A stretch of 63,282 nt of DNA, the filler included, from Collodictyon triciliatum (lineage: Eukaryota): NCBI GenBank assembly GCA_043381765.1. It is 3 parts of 3 records of this genome, joined end to end, with 100 filler letters (N's around TTAATTAATTAA, not from the genome) between each part and the next. Parts side by side here need not be neighbours in the genome. Positions count along the whole stretch, not along the records: positions 1 to 28,146 come from JBHJMP010000983.1; 2 more parts are not named here. One strand, 5' to 3'. The translations under genes were made by a program, and so were the position numbers. The stretch's first letter is position 1. Every line of letters starts with the position of its first letter. Shown piece after piece: positions 1 to 11,579 of this stretch. The notes beneath the pieces were generated by a model. The model was given only the letters and a program-made list of their open reading frames with translations. It was not told where the DNA came from and searched no databases.

Positions 1-1
1 A

Positions 2-265
2 AGCTTCGCACCGTCGAAAAATGCAACGATATTTCACTCCTCGAATGCAACCCCAACCACAGCCGTCCTGAACAACAAAGGAGAATGGCGCTCACGACGT
101 CCCATCTCATACAGAGCGCCATCTCCATTTTTCTTTCGTCTTGAGAACCAAAGACAGTCAAATACACCCGAATCCCCACATTTCTTGATGAACCGGCTTC
201 CTACAAGTTCTCTTTCATCGCACACACACAATAAACCAGACGACTATCTCCCATATGATGAGTAA
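2..265 (+). CDS. 3' end of an unknown protein-coding gene (partial, runs off window start)
   Basis: Frame 2 is open from base 2 to TAA at 263-265 (SFAPSKNATIF...KPDDYLPYDE*), Ser/Pro-rich, more GC-rich than the AT-rich DNA after it; no recognisable domain. Confidence 0.35.
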   Translation, partial: SFAPSKNATIFHSSNATPTTAVLNNKGEWRSRRPISYRAPSPFFFRLENQRQSNTPESPHFLMNRLPTSSLSSHTHNKPDDYLPYDE

Positions 266-445
266 CCGACTCTTTCAAATGGCTTCATCTTGTCGCTAAT
301 TATCCTATTTTAATAGCTCCTGCCCTCTACCTTGGATATGTAGCGATGCAATAATCAAATCCATATGAAGAGATTTGTATCGATGATTCAATAAGCAATT
401 GTTTGTGACTAATGAAAAATAGCTTTATTATCTTGGCTATGAAGA

Positions 446-539
446 ATATAGGGATTCATTTCATTAGTGTACATAATGAGGGCATCAGATGGATATAGGG
501 ATTCATTTCATTAGTTTAAATAATGAGGGCATCAGATGG
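446..539. repeat. 47-bp tandem duplication overlapping the stop codon of the WD40/Cys-rich gene
   Basis: atatagggattcatttcattagt(g/t)ta(c/a)ataatgagggcatcagatgg at 446-492 and 493-539, 2 mismatches. Confidence 0.9.
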
Positions 540-3500
540 ATAAAGGTTCCTGGTCTTTGATATCGGTCATTTCCTTCTCATTTGTAGGTCCTTTAACTTC
601 GCTGGTGATAGCAGAAAAACACCAATACAGGACTTCGAAAATGGAGCAGAGATGATCTATAATCGTATTTAAAGTAGAAATAATGAAATCCGGACCACCT
701 TTATATATAAAGAATATTGCAATAAAACCGTTGGAACAAACGACTAGGGCAACTAAAAAATCTTTGGTTGAGCTACTTAGGTCTGAATATCGGAAAAGAA
801 GGCTCATCATTAGGGTAAAATAGAGGACAGCAACCGACCGAATCTGAGATTTCTTCAAAACATTAGACATGAAAGGCCTAAAGTAAAGCGATGATGCAAT
901 AGTAATCAAAAGTAGCCACAAGCCAAAATAAATTTGAAGGGCAGGGGAAAAGAAAATGCTTATTAGGACAACAAGCAACTTTTGCATCATCATAACAATT
1001 TCCCAATAGTAACACCTCTCAGTATATCCATCCACCAAAAATCTGAGCAAGTAGTATGTATCAGAGGATGGATCTATTAAAGATGACCTCTTGTAAACCA
1101 TATATGCAGCAAGTATAAGTGGGCCGCCGATGCAATATGTCACAATGTAAACGAAAGATATACCTTTCCAGCGAATATATATTGGGTCATCGCACATTAT
1201 AGACATATCTGAGCTAAGGTAACTTTTCCCACCAAGTATTTTACAACCAAATATATTTGAAATAGATGATGCGATAGTAGGATGAACAAAAAACAGCATG
1301 ACCAGCATCGAATATATAAACTCTTGGTAGAGCTTGTATAAGGTAATTTCATCTCTTGTGATTTCCTTGGTTTGTAACCTCCACGCATTTTTTATTAAAA
1401 TTAATATCACAACAATTCCTACCAAAATAAATGGAATTATCATAGAATAAAGAACCTTATCATAAATTATCAGATCGAATCTACAGTCCACAGGGTATGT
1501 ATTCGCTGATAATGAAAACGAAAACAATGCTGGAAACTTCATCATGGTTATGATGGTGGAACTCCAATCTGCATCGAAGTTGGCCAAGTATGACAAAATT
1601 TGGAAATGTGTCGATAGGGTCTTAAGTATTAAGATGCTCCCCGTTCTTGGTTGCCTTGATTGCTCTATCATATAAGCAGCAAATACCAACGGAATAACTA
1701 TGCTTAAGAAAATCAAAAACTCACTGGCCCCTTGTTTTGGGCATTTAACGCAAAATGTACCAGTTTTCCCATATCCTTTTTCACAAACGCTGCATAGCGC
1801 TCCCTTATATCCACTGGCACACTCATTATTCCCCCCATTACAAGCATCTTCATTAAGACATTTATAAGCTACATACTCCCCGTTTGAGTGCTGCGCTTGC
1901 CAATATCCAGGAAAAACATATAGGTTATTACTACCGTCACATTCAAAGTTTTTTGGACAATTTTTGCATCCTTTACTATTGGCATCCAAGTATGTCAATG
2001 GAAGACATGTACAATTCTCCATTGAAACTGAACCAGCCGTGCTTGTAAATGAATTTACGGGGCATTCTTTGCACAAAGTTTGACCATAGTCAGGGTTGTA
2101 AAATCCTGGAGAACATTTAAAACATTCTTGCTGCTTTTCATACCATCCAGGTTTGCATTCACAGGTAGAATTTATCGCTTCAAAGCCAGTCTTACAGACA
2201 CAATCAATGGAATTCATGGAACCATTATTTTTCGTAGAAAATTTCTCACCACAAGATACGCAAAAATTTGTGCCTATTGTTGGTTTGTATGAACCAAGTT
2301 TACATGGAACACATTTATTGCCATCCTCAAACTGTCCAGGAGGGCACGAGCAAACACCACCATAATATACATAGGAATCTATGCATTCGCAGTCATCTAT
2401 TGATTTAGAGCCTTTTGAGGTAGTATTTGAGCGTGTGGGACATGAGTTGCATAAAGAACTTCTTTCTGAGCTGTAGCTTCCATTTGGACATAAAACACAT
2501 GATGATTTATCAAATGAGCCGGTTTTATTGTTGAATGTTCCTGCTGGACATGAATAACATGATGCTTGGCCATCTCTATCATTCCAAGTACCTTGTGGAC
2601 ATTCCATGCAAAAAAATTTACCATATGAGCCAGATTTCGAGTTGAATGTGCCCTTTGGGCAAGCGTAGCATGATTTGGGGTCTTTCGTAATGTCTTCTTT
2701 TTGATAGAATCCTGGTGAGCATGAAGTGCATGATGCGCTTCTTTCTGAGCTGTAGCTTCCATATGGACATGAAATGCATGCCGACTTATCAAATGAGCCG
2801 GTTTTGTTGTTGAAAGTACCAGACAAACATGCGACACAATCAAGTTTGGGAGTATCCTGATAGGTCCCTTGGGGGCATTCTAAACATGAAGAATTGCTAG
2901 TCGACCCAACCCTAGGATTATATGTACCTTCAGTACAATTTTTGCAAGAGATTTGTCCATTTTCATCATTATAAGTCCCTGTACTACAAAATGAGCAAAC
3001 AATTGAACCCGAAATAGAGGAGAAACTTCCTTTTTCACATAACACACAATCGGTTATATTTTTTGATGCGGGATTCATATTATATGTTCCGGCAGGGCAA
3101 TTATGACAAAAATTAGCCTTTGTTATGTTGGAGTACGCTCCTGGCTGACAAGGAGAACAGAAACTTTTTCCATGTTCTTTATTGTAAAAACCAACCGGGC
3201 AATCAAAACAAAAAGTTTGTCCCCTTATATTATTGTATGTTCCTGGTTCGCAGTCGCTGCAGAATGATTGGCCTGATTTGTTCGTGTACTTTCCTTCATC
3301 ACAAAAAAGGCAAGATTGTTGGGCTTCGGACGGGTTATAAGTTCCTGGTAGACATCGATTGCACTTAGTCTGTCCCAAGTTTGGGCTATATGTTCCAGGT
3401 TCGCACGAAAAACACATCGACTGGCCGCTTGTGTTACCATACATTCCTGGAAGACACAGCAAGCAAGAGCTAGAGCTTGTCGAACCATTTGAGGGATTGT

Positions 3501-4669
3501 ATGAACCAGGCGGGCACAAACTACAACGAGACATACCTCCAAGACTAAAACTTCCAGGTGGACACAATTGGCATGTTTTTGATTCATAATTGTAAAAGTA
3601 ACCAGCAGCACAAAGTCCCCAAAATTTTATTGTACCATCCCCACTTCCAGAGATTATATTAGAATCATCTGGAGTAACCAACACACTAAATACGTAGTAG
3701 GAATGGCCAACAAGCGTTCGAATCAAAGTTCCGTCGGAAGCATTCCATATCATGATTGTCCGGTCAGAGCTTCCAGATATAATTTTGGAGCTGTCATGGG
3801 TAATGGCGACACTGTAGATATTATTTGTATGTCCAATCAAAGTAAGAATGGATTCCCCGCTGCGGAGATTCCATATTTTAATTGAATAATCAGCACTGCC
3901 CGAGACAATTTTTGAGTCATCAAGGGAAATAGCTACAGTGTAAACATAATTCTTATGACCAGTAAATGTTTGAATCAAAGCTCCGCTTGAAAGATTCCAA
4001 ATTTTTATTGTTCTATCTAAACTCCCTGATATAATTTTGAGGGTGTCGTGAGTTACAGCGACACTACTCACATCACTACTATGACTAGTCAACGTACGAA
4101 TCAAAGTTCCGTTTGAAAGATTCCAAACCTTGACCGTTTTATCAGCACTACCAGAAACGATAATTGAGCTATCGGGCAAGGTGATTACACTATTTACCCA
4201 ATGTTTATGACCAGTGAGGGTATGAAGTAGACTCCCATTAGAAAGAGTCCAAACCTTGATTGTGTTATCTTGTCCTCCAGAAACGATAAATGAACCATTA
4301 GGCGTAAAAGCAACAGTTGAAACATAATCAGTGTGACCTCTCAGTGTCTGACTCAGATTGCCGTTTTTCATGTTCCAAACTTTAATCACTTGATAGCTTC
4401 CAGAAACTACTTTGGAGCCATCGGGACTAACTGATACACTGAAAATAATATCTGAATGTCCATTCAGTGTGCGGATTAGGTATTCTTGGCCTTCAACCTC
4501 ATAGTGTTTGCTAATTAAGTCTAAAGATAAACCTAAATAGGAAATACAATGTAAATAATTTGCCAATAAGTTATTTTTATGAAATTTTGGGACTTGTCAT
4601 GATATCCAAGAGGTTAATCTTACAGCATATGACGACAGCTGCGAAAAAATACCTCAAGGTAGTAAGCAT
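532..4669 (-). CDS. Receptor-like protein: signal peptide + 7-blade WD40 propeller + Cys-rich (GCC2/GCC3, ephrin-receptor/TNFR-like) repeats + multi-pass (~8-9 TM) C-terminus
   Basis: The 1344-aa ORF starts at TTG. An upstream exon 4669-4624 (ATG...MLTTLRYFFAAVVIC) splices via GTAAGA...TTTAG (intron 4623-4533) in frame into C-LSLDLISKHY. Seven GH...W(N/T/G) repeats (~4473-3616), many CxxCxxGxY repeats (~3615-1740), hydrophobic helices (~1730-640). Confidence 0.9.
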
Positions 4670-6758
4670 GCTACAATGATTAATTTTTGATTATTTCCTA
4701 TAAATCGAAATACCATTTTTTTTTATGAAACTCAAGTTTTTGTTTTTGATTACATTGTGGTATAACATCAAATATGTAATAAGAGTGTCTTTTTTTTACA
4801 TTCAAATAAAGAACTATCACGCATAGACTAGTGGTGTTTGTATTAATAATTTTGAGATACCACCCAATTCATTATTTGAAATTTACTTAAAGTTCGGTAG
4901 ATAACAATTTTCAGATAAAGTAGTTATATGAAAACGATACTAAAATATATCATCTAATTTTCTGGATTTTATTGAACATAAATGAAAGCCCTGATTACGT
5001 TTGAGTGTTATGGATAATGGATAATGGAGAGTGGATAATGGCTCATATTGTTGAAATGGGCGTCTTTTTCTCTGCGATATCAAATGGAGGATGTAAACAC
5101 ATCCCAAATTGAAGGATATATTTGTTAAAGATAATAATTGTAGAAGATAAGAGTTTTTGTTTTTATGAACCATTTCGCATCAAATATGGGCATTTGTTAA
5201 TATCTATCTGACTGGATATTGATGAATTTGAAAATCGAATGAATTCAAGTATATTGATGAATAACTACCAAGTCAATTTTTGTCCATATCAAATATATAA
5301 TTTTTTTTTATTAAAATATGCCTTATTTTTTGAAAATACGATTTAGAATTTAAACAAATCATGTAGATAATACGATAAAATTGATTATCGTATTGAAGAG
5401 AAGGCTCTATTGGAACATTGGAATATATATATATATATACAGAGAAGGGAGAAAATCTAATAAGGGGTAGGAAAACCTGACATGTAGCCATTTTCATCTG
5501 ATCAAAATATTATAAAAAATTTGACATACAAAATCTGGAAGGTCATATCTACTGGTAGCTCTTTTAGAACATTTTATATTGATTAGCAAACCAATGTCTT
5601 CAATCTTTCCATTACTTGCACAGTCCCTAGTGGTTCAAAATAAAAATAAAATGATATAATTAATTCGTTGAAAATTACGATGCATACATGTTTTTATCGT
5701 TGTTGGATTGTACACAATTCTGATAGCCTATTACTTATCAACTGCACATCTACCCAGTAGGTTCCATGCGAACGAAGGCATCAAAGAAAGGCTCGGCAAT
5801 CCCATTGTACAAGGGTTGAAAGGAAGTATAAAACCATAATAGAAAGCATTTTAAAATTAGTCGTTCTACAAATTTTGGTTTCAATCTTAATATATCTAAA
5901 GCAAAAATATAGTCGTGGTTTGAGAACAAAGTCCAATCAGAGACAACATAAATCTAAATATGAGTCAAATAAAATAGAAAATGTGAATCGATGATTTAAT
6001 ACTTTTATGTATGAAAATGAAGTGACGAATTCATGCCACAATTCTTCAGGACGCGTAATAAGAGATACATCAAACGAGGTATCCAATTAAAAACAGAAAC
6101 GAAATAATACCATATTGAGTTGTCCTAAAACAAAAAACTCAACATCGGGTTTCGGCCTTGATATTAGAATGGTTCAATATGCATGGTATGGTAATAAAGT
6201 AAAATGCATACAGTTTACGGTGCTTACTAACTTCATGTGGTGAACTATGATATGATATTCTAGCGTTAAGTTTTCCGACAAGGAACGAAAAAAAATTAAT
6301 AGCAATTTTAACATCTGAGATATTAATATGATAGAATCCATAAAGCGAGTTTGTTGATACGAGAATATGTCGTTTTTACGTCACGTGTAGGTCTTTTTTT
6401 TTGGTTTCTTTGCAACAGTTTATTGAGAGAAAACAAAGCCGAGGAAACCACCTTCGTTGTAGGTCTATAATGTTTGGAAAACAGGGAAGAAGGAAGAAGG
6501 AAGAAGGAAGAAAAATGAAAAAATGAAAAAAAAAAGGCGTGATTTCAGGAACGCACAGGGATCAAATGCGTGGTCGAGGCTGTGTTCTGTTCTTCATGAG
6601 AAACAGAGGGTGTATTTATTAGACTCGATAATCATACATCATACATAGCGAGGATAAGCCAGCCGGTTCAAATTCCGCAAGGAAGAGATGAAAAAAGTGA
6701 ATAAAAGCAGGCAATGAGAGGGAAAAAAAGATATAAGAGTCCCCAAAAATACGCTGAC

Positions 6759-9700
6759 TCAGTTATCGAATTGGTTGTGGTGGTGTTGGTGATTGTGATG
6801 GTACTGGAGAGGGGTTTGATATTGATTTGACGGAGGAAACCCCATTTCTTGAGACGTATCTCTTGGGTGGCGAGGAAAAGGAGACAATCGCGGGATTCTT
6901 CCGGTCGCATCACCTTGGTAACTGCGGCTGTCATAAGCAAATGTCCTCCTTCGTTTGATGCGGCGCCGGTACCATCGCTGGATTAGTTGCGCAGCTTCAT
7001 TTCGCCTCTTACCTATGTTTATATCGCACTTCCTTAATATCTGAGCGGCAGGGTTTTATTTAGGATTGCAAGCAACATCCGCCGAGCACCCATCGCGGTG
7101 AGAAGAATAAATAAAAATATAAAATTATACCTGTATATGTTAGTTTGCGGCAATAGAAATATGAGAGGCACCAAAATCCTTACTGTTAAATCCATACGAT
7201 TGGTGTTGGTCCCTTTGGGTGGGTTGTAGGAGTGGAGGAACCAATTCACTTGATGAGTGAGGGTGCCGTTGATTGGGGCGAGTTGCTCTAGACAAAAGCT
7301 GATAGATATCATGGTTTCCGCGAGACTGAGCTAACTTTGCTGGTGTCGACCCTGAGCTATCCCTAGATTTTCGAGCAAATCGTTACTGAATCACATTCAC
7401 CAGGGGAAACGACTATATTTTTATGCGTTCTTTTTCTCCTTTGACTCTAAAAAGGAAGCATAAAAGGAAAGAAAATATGTCAATCAGGAAACCAATTGGA
7501 GGTGAGTCATCTGATTTCATACTTGATTACAGGATTCGCCCCTGAATTAAGCAATAGCAAGACGAGATTTTCAGAACCGACAACTACAGCCCAATGGAGC
7601 GACGTCATTCCTTGTGAGTCCTTTGCATCGACGTCTATGGATTGTGCGACAAAAACTCGGGCGGCGCTGGGTAAACGGAACATGCATGCATAGTGCAGCA
7701 GTGTGAATCCCATTTCATCTTGCCAATTGACCATATTCTTTTTATCCCTTGTTGTATTGAACTCACTAAAAAAAGAGCATAAAACAATCAAACATGTATT
7801 CATATTTTATGCTCTTGATTTATTTATTTGATGAAAATGACGATTTTATCGGTGGTTGTGTCATGTTTTTTTTTTTTGATATGGAAATGAGATCTACCTC
7901 ACAAATTTCAAAACTAATTGCTGGTTGGTGAGGTGCTGTACGTCATTTCCTTTGTCGAGCATACGATGCGGTGAGTTCTGTTGAGCCAACTTCATCCGCA
8001 GTACCAGGTTCATTTTAACCAACTTGTCTATTGCCCCGATGTATGAAAGAAAAAAGGGGTTAATTTTATCAAGAAATGATTTGATTTTTGTCAAAATTCC
8101 CAAAATTTAATTATACCATTAGCATAAAGAGCCCTTTTTTGTTCTGGATTTCTCTGGCTGCTGGTGACATATGTCTGTGTACTACTTGGTTTCCCAGAGA
8201 CCTTGCTTCTGATACAAAATGCTGCAGAGTTTGTCGTAATTGTGTTCTGTCTTTGCTTTTCATGGAGAAAGGTCCCTTTGGAAAGTATGTACGAAGGAGT
8301 GAAAACAACACTTATATCCACGTTTTCGGCCTCAGAAAACGAAGGAGAAACGCACCGAATTGCCGTAGATGTCACTGCTTGCGCAGGGACGCTTATATCA
8401 CCAAAATATACCGATATAGAGCAGTTCGCAGGAATGGATGTCACAATAACCAGCAACTTGCTTTCTGTGTCGGTGTAAACCCAAGATGGAGCAAAGTCGA
8501 CTATAGTTGGTGTTGTGAACCCACTATCTGTAGGATATTTTTTAATTTAAAAGGAATAAATGTCCAAGAAAGAGCCAAGATGAATACATTTCAATACGTG
8601 AGAGGAAACTTGATCATTTATCTTACTATATATACATGTATAATGCCAAAGACACTGTAAAGATATACATACAAACGAACCTGTGCTTTCTCTGGGCAAG
8701 AATTGAGCATCGTGGCCTGATCCTCCTGAAATTCGAGGACTCAAGGTATTAACTAATTGAAAATGTTTTGACACTGCCTGCTCCTGAGAAAACATCACAT
8801 CTTGTTGCAGAGGATGATTTCTTACTGGCATGGGTTCTATATTAATCAGACATAATCACTTTGACTTTTTACTCAATCAAAACAATTCTTTTTTAAGCGT
8901 AAAAAAACAGAATATTATGTTTCATTGATACCTATGCGTTTTATTTCTCGCCCGTAGCCCCCATCATCCTGATATTGTTCGTGTCGGATGACTTGGGGAT
9001 AGTTTATTGAATCTACGGTGAGGTCTCCATATCTGCCTCCGAAAGGTGACACAGCAGGTTTGGGTACTATCTCAATATTTTGATTCAAAGTCTGTGGTTT
9101 TTTGGACATGCCCCTGTTATAGCCTTTTGTTTTTAAAATATTTTTAATTTCAAAAGCATAGTGCCACTTATTGTTGAATAAGGAGGGAGTTCGCCGTTGG
9201 TATTTTGATAAGTTGTGATGATAGAAAAATTACCGTCACAAGGCTCCAGATTGGAGTGTTCTTTTGCTTGATTTAGGTGCAAATAAAATCTCTCGCTATT
9301 TTCCAAAGGTAATCCGTGTTTAACTTCTTTTGGATGCTTTAGTATTTGGCAATCTCTGCAGGTCAAATTTTATTTTAGTATAAATGAGTATTCTATTGAA
9401 CTTTCCAATGCGTAGTTTCATTCAAAATATGAATTTGATTCGCTCGTTATCACCCACCCAGTTCTTTTATGGGTTAAATGGGAACTTTTTGATGTAAGCG
9501 AATGACTCTCCGTCGCGCTGAGTACATATTCATTGTCGGGTTCTGAAGAAGCCTCAGATTGAATGGGAATGACACTGTTTTCTGGGCGGTCTGTGTGAAT
9601 CTGAATCGAATACCCTGTGAAGTAGTGCACTAGGACAACCTGTGGTTCTTGGAAATCGATGAGCCAGTACATTCTGCGCTGAAGATTCGAAGTGTCCTCT

Positions 9701-10991
9701 CCATAATTGTAAGCACAATTTATCTTATACTCTCCGCCAATCTGATTTTCAATATTAAAAATCGGTTGAATTTTAGGTTTTCAGGGTTTTTTTTTTGATG
9801 GGTGAAGTGTGATTGTTTTTATTAGCCGAATTATCATATGTAAGATTTTCTGTGTGATTTTTACTTTGAGACGCTCATGGTTTTCCCGAATGGCTTTTCC
9901 ATCCTTCTTTTTCTTCCAAATGTAACCGTCCCGCCTAAAATATTTCACCTGATTTTTGTCAAATAGGTATACCGTGCCACCTACCATAAGTGACAAGGGG
10001 TAACGTGAGATTATTTTTTTTCGTATATTAAAAGTGAATTTGTTGATTCAAGGGTAAAGATTAATACAAAAATAGGAAAGAAAATAGACGAACTGGAGGG
10101 TCGAAATGGAGGAGCTCGACTCAGTTTGAAGCTCAATTCTTGGTGTCGAGTAATTATTTCATGGACTTCATTAGGTCTCAGCCATCGATTCCTGGCCTCA
10201 ATTACCGCTCTATATGCAACCTGGTGATTGAAGTTTAAATCTGCTACATCCCCGGTAGGTATTGATTCAAGAAGCGAAATAGAAGCAGCTGAGAATGAAA
10301 TGATTATCAGTTCAGAAATTTAAGTCACGCAAATTACAATATCATATCGACATCGAACATCATATGCAATTTTAAATAAAAAAAATTATGTTAATTATAA
10401 ACAATTAATAAGCTACTTTCTGAGGAACGGGGGTTGTCCACTCCTGGGATTTCGAGTGCTGAGTCAGGTATGTCTTCGTAACCTGTGTAAAATTTGATTC
10501 ATCGCGGGTTGAAAATATAATGACAGGAACACCAAATCGATCATGATTAAGAGGGTGATTTAACCCAATAAAATCAAGAGAAACGGAAGCTGAGATTATG
10601 TCACCCTAAGGTGAAACAAATAGGTTTTTTTCTGGGGAAATAGTTTCAAACACTCTTATTTGTTTGGCTGGTGTATTCTATTTTCACCCGACAAAATTCT
10701 GGAATGCATAATCAAAAGGAAAAACTATGAAATTGATAAAATAAAAATAACTCAATTACCCAATTGCTGTTGTCGATTTGGTCTCGGTTTAACTGAAGAT
10801 GTTGTGGGTGCTACGCTTATTGGAGGAGTTTCAACGGGAGATGAAGAAATATGCAACGACTGCTTCTGTGTATGAGAGGCCGTTGAAGAAATTCCAGAAT
10901 GGAAGCTTTTGTCCGTTCGGTGGTCTCTATGCGAGTAAGTAGGATAATCTGGAGCTATTTGATGGTTTGGTAATGAATCTCGAGATTCCAT
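6759..10991 (-). CDS. CAMTA: Calmodulin-binding transcription activator (CG-1 + TIG/IPT + ankyrin + IQ), multi-exon; 5' end approximate
   Basis: CG-1: EARNRWLRPNEV (~10200), YFRRDGYIWKKKKDGKAIRENHERLK (~9940-9865), QRRMYWL...VVLVHY (~9680-9620). TIG: VYFGDISVPAQAVTSTAIRCVSP (~8420-8340). Ankyrin: GFTLLHYAC, GMTSLHWAV (7500-7780). IQ: AAQLIQRWYRRRIKRRR (~6995-6945). Stop TGA 6761-6759. Confidence 0.9.
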
Positions 10992-11579
10992 GGTCTCCGT
11001 TTTGTTCTCAAGCAGAGAGGATTCGAATCCGATGCTATCGTGCCTACATTGGATAGATTCCTCTTTTGCGTAAATAAATTATGGACATATGGCCAATTCT
11101 ATTTGTAAAAAAAAATATGTAAATTTCATAGATTATTTTATTAAACACTTTATTTTCTGATAAGATGTGAGAAAAGTGCTGCATTTTTGAAGTCGGTGTA
11201 TCAACATGGGATTGTTATGCATATGATTCGATACGAAAACATGGAAAAAAGTGTCTTTAAAATCAATAGGATTTTTTTAAGCATATGATACTTTAAATTT
11301 ATGATTGAAAATGAAATAAAGGCGCATATGACCCTTTAAACTCTAAAAAAATATATATTTTTTTAATGAATTCTGAAATCAGACGACTCTTATGATTCCA
11401 TAAAAAAATTAGAAAATTTAATTGGCAAATTAGATTTATGTAAGGTAGCTCAGTCTTGTATCATATCATTCTTTATAATACTTTCAAATTAAAAGCAAAA
11501 TAATGACATTCGCAAATGACAAATAAATGTAGAGTCTATGCTTTTACTATATTTCCTGTGAGTATATCATGTTTTCCGT

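Noticed and set aside
446-545. CRISPR-like direct repeats
   Set aside because: Two adjacent copies with no spacer, eukaryotic context, no cas genes.
4940-6400. Short ORFs in the AT-rich interval between the WD40 gene and CAMTA
   Set aside because: No motif, no coherent splice model.
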